32,000 bases of DNA from Geodermatophilaceae bacterium URHA0031 (GTDB taxonomy: Bacteria; Actinomycetota; Actinomycetes; Mycobacteriales; Geodermatophilaceae). Numbering within the stretch: position 1 is the first letter of the stretch; every line of letters begins with the position of its first letter. The DNA lies in assembly GCA_000620205.1 (NCBI GenBank), contig JHVP01000011.1, positions 128,569 to 160,568 on the forward strand, written 5' to 3'. The notes under the pieces were generated by a model that did not search any database, was not told the origin of the DNA, and saw only the letters and a list, made by a program, of their open reading frames with translations. Both the position numbers and the translations under genes were made by a program. Positions 23,406-31,426 of this stretch are shown here, one piece after another.

Positions 23406-24971
23406 ATGTCCCCGCCCCTGCTGTCCGTGGAGCACCTCCACGTCGTCTACGACGGCACGATCAGCGCCCTGTCCGACGTGTCCCTCACCGTCGACGAGGG
23501 CCAGGTCGTCGCGGTGCTCGGGTCCAACGGCGCGGGCAAGACCTCGCTGCTGCGCGCCATCTCCCGGGCGCTGGACTCCTACGGCGGCGCGGTCACCGGT
23601 GGCTCCGTCCGGTTCGACGGGGTGGACCTGGCCGGGCTGGACACCGCCGCCGTCGTCCGCCGTGGCCTGGTGCAGGTGCCCGAGGGGCGGCGGATCTTCC
23701 GCGACCTGAGCGTGGAGGACAACCTGCGCGCCGGCGGCTACACCGTGCGCGACGCGAAGGCCCGCGCCGAGGCGCGGGACCGGGTGTTCGACCTGTTCCC
23801 GATCCTCGCCGAGCGGCGCGAGCAGCCCGGCGGCCTGCTGTCCGGCGGCCAGCAGCAGATGCTGGCGATGGGCCGGGCGCTGATGGCCTCGCCCCGGCTG
23901 CTGCTCCTCGACGAGCCCTCGCTGGGCCTGGCACCGCTGCTGGTCGACCAGATCGGCGAGATCGTCACCGAGATCAACCGGCAGGGCACCGCGGTCCTGC
24001 TGATCGAGCAGAACGCGGTGATGGGCCTGCGGGTCGCCGACGCCGCCTCCGTGCTCGAGGTCGGCCGGGTCACCGCCGCCGGCACGGCCGCGGAGCTGTC
24101 GGCCAGCGACGAGGTGCAGGAGCGCTACCTGGGGGTCGCCGTCCCGGTCGTGACGACCGACCCCGTCGTCGTCGACGAGCCGGAGATCCCGACGGCGCAG
24201 CCGCCCCAGCAGCTGCGGGTCGAGGGGCTGACCGTCCGGTTCGGCGGCATCGCCGCGCTGTCCGACGTCAGCTTCACCGTCGAGCCGGGCACCGTGCACG
24301 CGCTGATCGGCCCCAACGGAGCCGGCAAGTCCACCCTGGTCAACGTGCTGGGCGGGGCCTACCGGGCCACCGAGGGCACCGTCCACTACGGCGACGAGGA
24401 GCTCACCGCGCTGTCCGCCCACCGGGTGGCCGGGCTCGGCGTGGCCCGCACGTTCCAGAACATCTCGCTGGCCCTCGAGGACACCGTCGAGGACAACCTG
24501 CTCGTCGGCCGGCACCGGCTGATGCGGGGCGGTGTGGTGTCCGGGGCCTGGAAGACGCCGCGGGTGCGCCGCGAGGAGCGCGAGCACCGGGAGACCGTCG
24601 CCGGCATCGCCGAGCTGCTCGGCATCGGCCACCTTCTGCGCACCCCGGTGCACACGCTGGCCTACGGCGACCGCAAGCGCGTGGAGATGGGCCGGGCGCT
24701 GGCCGCCCGCCCCTCGCTGCTGCTGCTCGACGAGCCGGTCGCCGGGATGACCCACGGCGAGTCCCAGGACATGGCCGAGACGATCCGCCAGGTCCGCCGC
24801 GACCTCGGCCTGTCGATCGTGCTGGTCGAGCACGACATGCCCTTCGTGATGGGGCTGGCCGAGCAGGTCACCGTCCTGGACTTCGGCAAGAAGATCGCCG
24901 AGGGCACGCCCGCCGAGGTGCAGCGGGACCCCGAGGTCGTCCGCGCCTACCTGGGGGCATCAGCGGCATGA
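23406..24971 (+). CDS. fused double ABC ATPase (LivF-like N-half + LivG-like C-half), branched-chain/HAAT-type transporter
   Basis: ORF 23406..24971 with AGGAGGA upstream. First half: GSNGAGKTS, LSGGQQQMLAMGRAL, LLLLDEPS. Linker: PVVTTDPVVVDEPEIPTAQPPQQ. Second half: GPNGAGKST, LAYGDRKRVEMGRALA, LLLLDEPVAGM. Confidence 0.88.
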   Translation: MSPPLLSVEHLHVVYDGTISALSDVSLTVDEGQVVAVLGSNGAGKTSLLRAISRALDSYGGAVTGGSVRFDGVDLAGLDTAAVVRRGLVQVPEGRRIFRDLSVEDNLRAGGYTVRDAKARAEARDRVFDLFPILAERREQPGGLLSGGQQQMLAMGRALMASPRLLLLDEPSLGLAPLLVDQIGEIVTEINRQGTAVLLIEQNAVMGLRVADAASVLEVGRVTAAGTAAELSASDEVQERYLGVAVPVVTTDPVVVDEPEIPTAQPPQQLRVEGLTVRFGGIAALSDVSFTVEPGTVHALIGPNGAGKSTLVNVLGGAYRATEGTVHYGDEELTALSAHRVAGLGVARTFQNISLALEDTVEDNLLVGRHRLMRGGVVSGAWKTPRVRREEREHRETVAGIAELLGIGHLLRTPVHTLAYGDRKRVEMGRALAARPSLLLLDEPVAGMTHGESQDMAETIRQVRRDLGLSIVLVEHDMPFVMGLAEQVTVLDFGKKIAEGTPAEVQRDPEVVRAYLGASAA

Positions 24972-25861
24972 GCTACTTCCTGGAGCAGGTCCTCAACGGG
25001 CTGTCCTACGGCCTGGTGCTGAGCCTGATCGCCGCGGGCTTCGCCATCGTCTTCACCTCCACCGGGGTGCTGAACTTCGCGCACGGCTCGATCGTGCTCT
25101 TCGGTGCCTACCTCGTCGCGGTGCTGCACCCGACGATCGGCTTCTGGCCGGCGCTGCTGGTCGCGATGGCGGGGTGCGCGCTGGTCGGGGTGGCGATCAA
25201 CGCCCTGCTGGTGCGCCACCTGGCCGACAAGAACGCCGGCACCGCGGCGATCCTGATGCTCGGTGTGGACATCGTGCTGCTGACCGAGCTCACCCGGCGG
25301 ATCGGCAACAAGGTGCTCACCCTCGGCGCCCCGTGGGGCGCCTCGGTGGTCCGGTTCGGCGACGTGTCGCTGCCCACCGGCCGGGTGGTCGCCGCCGGCC
25401 TCACCGTGGTCGCGTTCGCCGCTCTCTGGTACCTGTTCTCCCGCACCGACCTGGGCGTCGGCATGCGCGCCGCGGCCGCCGACGGGCCGACCGCCTCGCT
25501 GATGGGCATCCGGCTCTCGCGCACGGCGGCCACGGGCTGGGCGCTGGCCGGGGTGCTGGCCGCCGTCGCCGGCGTCTTCCTCACCTCCTTCCCCGCACCC
25601 GGGGTGGCGCCGACCGTGGCGCTCAGCGCCTTCGCGGCCATCCCCGCCTGGGTGCTCGGCGGCTTCGACTCCGTCCCGGGTGCGGTGGTCGGGGGCCTGA
25701 TCATCGGGCTCACCAGCGCGCTGGTCACCGGCTACGAGAGCGACCTCGCGGGTGTCGTCGGCACCGGGTTCGGCGAGGTCGCCCCCTACGTCGTCATGAT
25801 CGTCGTCCTGCTCGTGCGGCCCTCGGGCCTGCTGGGCAGCAAGGAGGCCGTCCGTGTCTGA
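24968..25861 (+). CDS. HAAT-family ABC permease (LivH-like)
   Basis: The ATG at 24968 overlaps the ATPase stop (ATGA). Begins MSYFLEQVLNGLSYGLVLSLIAAGFAIVFTSTGVLNFAHGS, a typical LivH N-terminus. The protein is polytopic. Confidence 0.88.
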   Translation: MSYFLEQVLNGLSYGLVLSLIAAGFAIVFTSTGVLNFAHGSIVLFGAYLVAVLHPTIGFWPALLVAMAGCALVGVAINALLVRHLADKNAGTAAILMLGVDIVLLTELTRRIGNKVLTLGAPWGASVVRFGDVSLPTGRVVAAGLTVVAFAALWYLFSRTDLGVGMRAAAADGPTASLMGIRLSRTAATGWALAGVLAAVAGVFLTSFPAPGVAPTVALSAFAAIPAWVLGGFDSVPGAVVGGLIIGLTSALVTGYESDLAGVVGTGFGEVAPYVVMIVVLLVRPSGLLGSKEAVRV

Positions 25862-27014
25862 GCTCCCGCGCCGGATCGGCGGGCTGGTGCTCGTGCTGGT
25901 CGCCCTGGCGCTGCCCCTGGTGCTGTCGGACTTCTGGCTGCAGACCGGCCTGTTCGTCATGGCCACGGCCATCGGTGCGGTCGGGCTGACCCTGCTGGTC
26001 GGCGTCGCCGGGCAGCTGTCCCTCGGGCACGCCGCCTTCGCCGGGATCGGCGCGTACGTCTACACCTGGTCCACCGGTGAGTCGACGACGACGGTCAGCG
26101 GCGCCGGTCTCCCCCCGGTGGTCGGGCTGGTCCTCGCCGCAGCGGTCAGCGCGCTGGTGGGGGCGGCCTTCTCGCCGGTCGCCGGTCGGCTCCGCGGCAT
26201 CTACCTGGGGCTGGCCACGCTCGGGCTGGTCTTCATCGTCCGGCACCTGCTGGTCAACCTGGACCAGTGGACCGGGGGGTTCACCGGCCGCTCGGTGGAG
26301 TCCTTCGCCCTCGGCGGCTTCAGCTTCAGCAACAAGGACCCCGACTACCTCGCCGTCGCCGGCGTCGAGTTCGAGGGGCTGCACCGCCTCTGGTACCTCT
26401 TCCTCGTCCTGACGCTGGTCGGCTGCTGGCTGGCCGGCAACCTGCGGTCCGGCCGCACCGGCCGGGCCTGGGCCAACGTCCGGGACTCCGAGACGGCCGC
26501 GGCGGCGATGGGCATCGGGGTGGCCCGGGCCAAGGCGTCGGTGTTCGTCGTCTCCTCCGCCTACGCCGGGGTGGCCGGGGCGATGCTGGCGCTGGCCTAC
26601 GGCCGGATCGCCCCCGACGTCTTCGGCCTCACCGCGTCCGTCGACTTCCTGGTGATGATCGTGCTCGGTGGCCTCGGCTCGGTGGGCGGCGCCGTGGTCG
26701 GGGCGCTGTTCGTCACCGCGCTGCCGCTGGTGCTGGCCGAGTACAGCGGGTCGCTGCCCTTCCTGGCCGCGCCGGGCTCGGGCGGGCTGGACCCCGCCAC
26801 GACCGCCCGGATGGTCTACGGGCTGGCGATCATCGCCGTCCTGCTCTTCCTCCGCGGCGGCCTGGCCGGCGCCGCCCGCCGGCTCCGCCACCGGACCTCC
26901 CGGACCTCGCCCCCGTCCCCGGCGGGTCCCGCACCGCACGACCCGATCAGCACCGATGACGTCGGCCGCCCGGCCGCGGTCACTCCATCACGGTCGAAGG
27001 AGACCACCCGATGA
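25854..27014 (+). CDS. HAAT-family ABC permease (LivM-like) with Pro/Ser/Arg-rich C-terminal tail
   Basis: ORF 25854..27014 (GTG start, 8-nt overlap with the LivH-like gene). Contains LLVGVAGQLSLGHAAFAGIGAY. The last ~50 aa are low complexity. Confidence 0.85.
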   Translation: MSELPRRIGGLVLVLVALALPLVLSDFWLQTGLFVMATAIGAVGLTLLVGVAGQLSLGHAAFAGIGAYVYTWSTGESTTTVSGAGLPPVVGLVLAAAVSALVGAAFSPVAGRLRGIYLGLATLGLVFIVRHLLVNLDQWTGGFTGRSVESFALGGFSFSNKDPDYLAVAGVEFEGLHRLWYLFLVLTLVGCWLAGNLRSGRTGRAWANVRDSETAAAAMGIGVARAKASVFVVSSAYAGVAGAMLALAYGRIAPDVFGLTASVDFLVMIVLGGLGSVGGAVVGALFVTALPLVLAEYSGSLPFLAAPGSGGLDPATTARMVYGLAIIAVLLFLRGGLAGAARRLRHRTSRTSPPSPAGPAPHDPISTDDVGRPAAVTPSRSKETTR

Positions 27015-28279
27015 AGCACCTGCCCCGCGCCCGCGCACTCTCGCTCGCGGCCGTCGCCGCGCTGGCGCTGGCCGCCTGCAGCACGTCCGACCCCAGCGAG
27101 GCCAGCGGCTCGGGCGGCTCGGGTTCCGACGAGGTGGAGACCGGCAACGGGGTCACCGACGACCAGATCACCGTCGGCGTCCTCACCGACCTCTCCGGAC
27201 CGTTCGCGGCCGGCGCGGCCGTGCAGGTCACCGAGTTCAAGGCCTACTGGGACCAGGTCAACGCCGACGGCGGCATCTGCGACCGGGACGTCGTTGTCGA
27301 CGTGCAGGACCACGGCTACGACCCGCAGAAGGCGGTCACCCTCTACCGCAGCATGGCGCCCGACGTCGTGGCGCTGCAGCAGGTCCTCGGCGGCCCGACG
27401 AGCGCCGCCGTCCTGCCGCTGGCCGAGCAGGACGACCTCTACGTCGGCGGGGTCGGCTGGGCCGGGTCCGCGCTGCAGTACGAGAACAACCAGCTCCCCG
27501 GCGCCTCCAACGCGATCGAGGCGGCCAACGCGATCGACTACATGGTCGACGACCTCGACGTGCCCGAGGGGGCCAAGGTCGGCGTCGTCTACTTCACCGG
27601 CGACTACGGCGGCGACGCGCTGGCCGGCGCCGAGCACGCCGCCGAGGAGCGCGGCCTGGAGATCGTGGCGCAGGAGATCACCCCGGCCACCACCGACCTG
27701 TCCGCGCAGGCCTCGGCGCTGGCGCAGGCCGACGTGGCCGGCGTCGTGCTGGCCGCCGCGCCCACCCAGTTCGCCTCGCTGGCCGGCGTCCTCGCCTCCC
27801 AGGGCGCGAACGTGCCGATCATCGGGATGAACCCCACGTTCAACCCCTCGCTGCTCACCACGCCCGCCAAGGACGCGCTGCTGGCCAACGCCTACAGCAT
27901 CACCAGCGTCGCGCCCTACGCCTCCGACGCCGAGGGCGTGAAGGCGGCCAACGACCTGTACGCGAAGGCCGACCCCGACGGCGCCATCGGCTGGGAGGTC
28001 CCGCTGGCCTACGTGCAGGCCGAGCTGCTCAAGCAGTCGCTGGACGGGGCCTGCGAGTCCGGGGACCTGACCCCGGCGGGCGTCGTCGCCGCGCTGCGGG
28101 ACAGCTCCTCGGTCGACACGAAGGGCCTGCTGCCCGACGGGCTGGACTACTCGGAGGTCGGCCAGTCGCCGACGACGACCGTCTACCTGTCCAAGGTCGA
28201 CGCGAACGCCCCGGCCGGGCTCGCGCCGGTGGACGAGCTCAGCGGTCCCAGCGCGGAGTCCTTCTCCTACGGGAGCTGA
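27011..28279 (+). CDS. ABC substrate-binding lipoprotein (Liv/Peripla_BP_6 type)
   Basis: ORF 27011..28279 (ATGA overlap). Signal peptide with lipobox: MKHLPRARALSLAAVAALALAAC. A Gly/Ser linker is followed by a type-I periplasmic-binding fold pattern. Confidence 0.85.
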   Translation: MKHLPRARALSLAAVAALALAACSTSDPSEASGSGGSGSDEVETGNGVTDDQITVGVLTDLSGPFAAGAAVQVTEFKAYWDQVNADGGICDRDVVVDVQDHGYDPQKAVTLYRSMAPDVVALQQVLGGPTSAAVLPLAEQDDLYVGGVGWAGSALQYENNQLPGASNAIEAANAIDYMVDDLDVPEGAKVGVVYFTGDYGGDALAGAEHAAEERGLEIVAQEITPATTDLSAQASALAQADVAGVVLAAAPTQFASLAGVLASQGANVPIIGMNPTFNPSLLTTPAKDALLANAYSITSVAPYASDAEGVKAANDLYAKADPDGAIGWEVPLAYVQAELLKQSLDGACESGDLTPAGVVAALRDSSSVDTKGLLPDGLDYSEVGQSPTTTVYLSKVDANAPAGLAPVDELSGPSAESFSYGS

Positions 28280-28282
28280 CCG

Positions 28283-29830
28283 GTGCCCGCACTCGTCGTG
28301 AGCGAGCTGCGGGCGCCGGCCGCCGGCCCGGCCGACGGCGTCCTCGGGGACGTCCTCCGCCGGGCCGCGCGGCGCGCGCCCACCGACCTGCTGCTGTCCA
28401 GCCCGGGCACCGGGGAGGTGTGGACGGCGGCCGAGCTGCTGGCCGACGCCGAGGCGGTCGCCGCCGGGCTGCTCGCCCGGCACGCACCCGGCGCCCGGAT
28501 CGCCACCTGCCTGGGCAACGGACCCGCGCCCGTGCTGGTCCAGCTCGGGGTCGCGCTGGCCGGCATGACCCTGGTCCCGGTCAACCCTCGGTCCCGGCCG
28601 GCCGAGGTCGAGCACGCGCTGCGGCTCTCCGGTGCCGTGCTGGCGGTCGCTGCCGAGGAGGTGGCGGGCAACCCGGTGGCCGACCTGTGCGCCTCCGTCG
28701 ACGGCGTCGAGGTCCTCCGGGTCGGCGCCGACTGGCGAGCCGCGCTGCCCTGGGCGGCGCCCGCCGAGCTGCCCGTCGTCGACCCGCAGTCGCTGGCCCA
28801 GGTGCAGTTCACCTCCGGGACGACCGGGCGGGCCAAGGGCGTGCGGATCACCCACGCCGGGATGGTCGCGACCGGGACGGCGTTCGCCGAACGGCTGGGC
28901 CCGACCGCCGGGCGGGTGTGGTGCAACCCGATGCCGCTGTTCCACACCGCCGGCAACGTGCTCGGCGTGGTCGGGGCGCTCAGCGCGGGTGTCGAGCACG
29001 TCGTCCTGCCGTTCGCGCCGGAGCCGGTGCTGCGGGCGCTCGAGGAGCGCCGGGTGACCACGCTCTCGGCCGCGCCGACGCTGCTGGACCTGCTGGCGGC
29101 CGCGGACCCGCCCGCGCTCCCCGACCTGCGGGTGCTGTTCACCGGCGGGATGACGGTGACGCCGGCGTTCGTCGACCGGGTGGAGCGGGTGTTCGGCGCC
29201 CGGCTGTCGATCACCTTCGGCATGACCGAGACCTGCGGTGCGGTCCTGCAGACCTCCCCGGACGACCCCGACCCGGTGCGCCGGGAGACCGTCGGCGCGC
29301 CGTTGGCCGGCACCGACGTCCGGATCGCCGGCCCGGACGGCGCCGCCGTCCCCCCGGGGACGCCGGGGGAGCTGTGGGTGCGGGGCGCGCGGATCACCCG
29401 CGGTTACCTCGACGACCCGGTCGCCACCGCCGAGGCGATCGACGCCGACGGCTGGCTGCACACCGGCGACCTCGCCGAGATGTCCCCGGCCGGCGCCTGC
29501 CGGGTGGTCGGCCGGCTCAAGGACATGATCAAGACCGGCGGGGAGAACGTGTCCCCCGTGGAGGTCGAGGAGGTGCTGGTCGAGCACCCGGACGTCGCCC
29601 GGGCGGCGGTGGTCGGCGTGCCGGACCCGCGCTGGGGCGAGCTGGTGGTGGCCTTCGTCGTCCCGGCGGGGAGCCGGGACCCGAGCCCCGCGGAGCTGAC
29701 CGAGCACTGCCGGGACCGGTTGTCGCCGTTCAAGGTGCCCCGCTCGTGGCGGGTCGTCGACGAGCTGCCGATGACGGCGTCGGCCAAGGTGCAGCGGGCG
29801 GAGCTGCGGCGGATCGCGGCGGCCTCGTGA
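28283..29830 (+). CDS. AMP-dependent synthetase/ligase (aryl- or acyl-CoA ligase)
   Basis: ORF 28283..29830 (GTG start). Motifs: FTSGTTGRAKGV, FGMTET, GWLHTGD, KTGGENVSPVEVE, MTASAKVQR. Confidence 0.88.
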   Translation: MPALVVSELRAPAAGPADGVLGDVLRRAARRAPTDLLLSSPGTGEVWTAAELLADAEAVAAGLLARHAPGARIATCLGNGPAPVLVQLGVALAGMTLVPVNPRSRPAEVEHALRLSGAVLAVAAEEVAGNPVADLCASVDGVEVLRVGADWRAALPWAAPAELPVVDPQSLAQVQFTSGTTGRAKGVRITHAGMVATGTAFAERLGPTAGRVWCNPMPLFHTAGNVLGVVGALSAGVEHVVLPFAPEPVLRALEERRVTTLSAAPTLLDLLAAADPPALPDLRVLFTGGMTVTPAFVDRVERVFGARLSITFGMTETCGAVLQTSPDDPDPVRRETVGAPLAGTDVRIAGPDGAAVPPGTPGELWVRGARITRGYLDDPVATAEAIDADGWLHTGDLAEMSPAGACRVVGRLKDMIKTGGENVSPVEVEEVLVEHPDVARAAVVGVPDPRWGELVVAFVVPAGSRDPSPAELTEHCRDRLSPFKVPRSWRVVDELPMTASAKVQRAELRRIAAAS

Positions 29831-30579
29831 GGGCGGCGCTGCTGGCCGACCTGGCCGCCGAGGGCGCCGCGCTGGAGTCGGTGCTCGGCGAGCTGGCGCC
29901 CGCGGACTGGGCCCGCCCCACCCCGGCCGCGGGGTGGACGATCGCGCACCAGGTGGCGCACCTGGCCTGGACCGACGAGGTCGCGCTGCTCGCGGCCACC
30001 GACCCTGCGGCGTTCGCCGGCCTGCCGGCGGACGGCGGTGACCGTGGCGCCTCGGGGGCGACGACGGGACCTCCGGAGGCCCTGCTGGGCCGTTGGCGGG
30101 CCGGCCGGCAGCGGCTGGCCGATGCGCTGGCGGCGGTACCGGAGGGCACCCGGCTGCCCTGGTTCGGCCCGCCGATGAGCGTGGCGTCGATGGCCACCGC
30201 GCGGCTGATGGAGACCTGGGCGCACGGCGTCGACGTCCGGGACGCCCTCGGGCTGCCGCTGGAGGAGTCCCGGCGGCTGGACCACGTCGCCCACCTCGGC
30301 GTCCGCACCCGCGACTTCGCGTTCGCCGCGCACGGCCTGCCCTCGCCGGCGGCGCCGGTGCGTGTCGAGCTCACCCGCGCCGACGGCTCACGCTGGTCGG
30401 CCGGACCGGAGGACGCCGGGCAGCAGGTGAGCGGACCGCTGCTGGACTTCTGCCTGCGGGTGGTGCAGCGCCGGCCGCGGGCGGCACTGCAGCTCGTCGC
30501 CGTCGGCCCGGACGCCGACCGGTGGCTGGACGTCGCCCAGGCCTTCGCCGGAGCGCCGGGGCGCGGCAGCGAGGCGTGA
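29827..30579 (+). CDS. maleylpyruvate isomerase family mycothiol-dependent enzyme (TIGR03084-like, DinB fold)
   Basis: The GTG at 29827 overlaps the ligase stop (GTGA), in frame with the tail of track ORF 26668..30579. Contains WARPTPAAGWTIAHQVAHLAW...RLMETWAHGVDVRDALG. Confidence 0.75.
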   Translation: MRAALLADLAAEGAALESVLGELAPADWARPTPAAGWTIAHQVAHLAWTDEVALLAATDPAAFAGLPADGGDRGASGATTGPPEALLGRWRAGRQRLADALAAVPEGTRLPWFGPPMSVASMATARLMETWAHGVDVRDALGLPLEESRRLDHVAHLGVRTRDFAFAAHGLPSPAAPVRVELTRADGSRWSAGPEDAGQQVSGPLLDFCLRVVQRRPRAALQLVAVGPDADRWLDVAQAFAGAPGRGSEA

Positions 30580-30581
30580 CC

Positions 30582-30887
30582 TCAGCCGCGCGGGGTCACC
30601 GAGCGGACGAAACCGATCTGCATGCTGGAGATGCACGCCGGGAAGGTCTCGAACACCGCGGCCCGCTCCGGGGAGGCGTTGTAGGTGGCCTCGACCTCGC
30701 GGAAGGCGGCCTCGTCGCCGTCGTGCTCGACCGCCCAGGTGAAGGTGTCGTTGGCCTCGTCGGCGTAGGCGAACGGCAGCCGGAAGCCGTACTGCGCGCG
30801 GACCGGGGCCAGGCCCGGGAACCAGGCGAGGAAGTCGGCCATCCGGCCGGGTTCGACGTCGTAGCGGCGCAGCTGCACGGTGGTCAT
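30582..30887 (-). CDS. NIPSNAP-like / dimeric alpha-beta-barrel small protein
   Basis: ORF 30582..30887, 101 aa: MTTVQLRRYDVEPGRMADFLAWF... The family assignment is from memory of NIPSNAP-type sequences and is tentative. Confidence 0.55.
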   Translation of the reverse strand: MTTVQLRRYDVEPGRMADFLAWFPGLAPVRAQYGFRLPFAYADEANDTFTWAVEHDGDEAAFREVEATYNASPERAAVFETFPACISSMQIGFVRSVTPRG

Positions 30888-30904
30888 GCCGCCATTGTGC
30901 TGGC

Positions 30905-30943
30905 GGAGTGCCAGCGCAACGGAAACCGTTGCGCCGGCACTCC
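30905..30943 (-). terminator. strong hairpin downstream of VOC gene
   Basis: ggagtgccagcgcaacgg-aaa-ccgttgcgccggcactcc forms an 18-bp stem with one mismatch. It lies 15 nt after the stop at 30958 (minus strand). Confidence 0.6.
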
Positions 30944-30957
30944 ACCACGAACTCGGG

Positions 30958-31311
30958 TCAGGACGACGGCGGGACGTAGAACTGCAGGTCGTTGCCCTCG
31001 GAGTCCTTGAACGGCGCGATCCGGCCCCACGGGTGGTCGCTGATCCCGCCGGAGAAGTCCACGCCCTTGCCCTTCAGCTCCTCCACCTCGGCCTCGATGT
31101 CACCCTCGGGCTGGAAGGTGATCACGGCCCCGCCGTGCGAGTGGCCGGTGCCCTCCCGGGCGTTGAGCCCGATCATCAGCCCGTTGGCGTCGAACTCGCT
31201 CCAGTCGTCGGTGCTCTTCTGCTCGCTCAGGCCCAGGGTGTCCCGGTAGAACGCCCGCGCCCGGTCCATGTCGTCGACCGGGACCCACACACTCGCCACG
31301 CCACTCGCCAC
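30958..31311 (-). CDS. VOC (glyoxalase/bleomycin-resistance/dioxygenase) family protein
   Basis: In ORF 30958..31494. The GTG at 31311 has GAGGAG 7 nt upstream. Contains VASGVASVWVPVDDMDRARAFYRDTLGL...HPWGRIAPFKDSEGNDLQFY. Confidence 0.8.
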   Translation of the reverse strand: MASGVASVWVPVDDMDRARAFYRDTLGLSEQKSTDDWSEFDANGLMIGLNAREGTGHSHGGAVITFQPEGDIEAEVEELKGKGVDFSGGISDHPWGRIAPFKDSEGNDLQFYVPPSS

Positions 31312-31426
31312 GTCTGGACTCCTCGTCCGTCGTCGTCGGTTGTGTACGACCGGGTGCCCAGCTCCCCGCTCCGGCAACCACCCTCGGCAGGGGGCAGACT
31401 CGGCACGAGCCGACGAGAGGACGACG

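Noticed and set aside
21797-25861. ORFs 21797..23278(-) 493 aa, 22940..25861(+) 973 aa, 23337..24833(-) 498 aa.
   Set aside because: These are shadows of the MarR, PaaX, ATPase and permease genes. Only the last 297 codons of 22940..25861 (the LivH-like gene from 24968) are genuine.
26668-30579. 1303-aa plus ORF and the 963-aa minus ORF 26816..29707.
   Set aside because: Both are Arg/Pro/Gly-rich nonsense over most of their length. Only the last 250 codons of the plus ORF (29827..30579) are a real DinB-fold gene. The region is fully explained by the LivM-like, binding-protein and ligase genes in other frames.
31312-31426. A confident SAM riboswitch call upstream of metY.
   Set aside because: Core-like strings are present, but their order (GGGUGCCC before CCGGCAACC) does not match SAM-I/SAM-IV as I remember them. 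It is kept only as a low-interest item to scan with covariance models.
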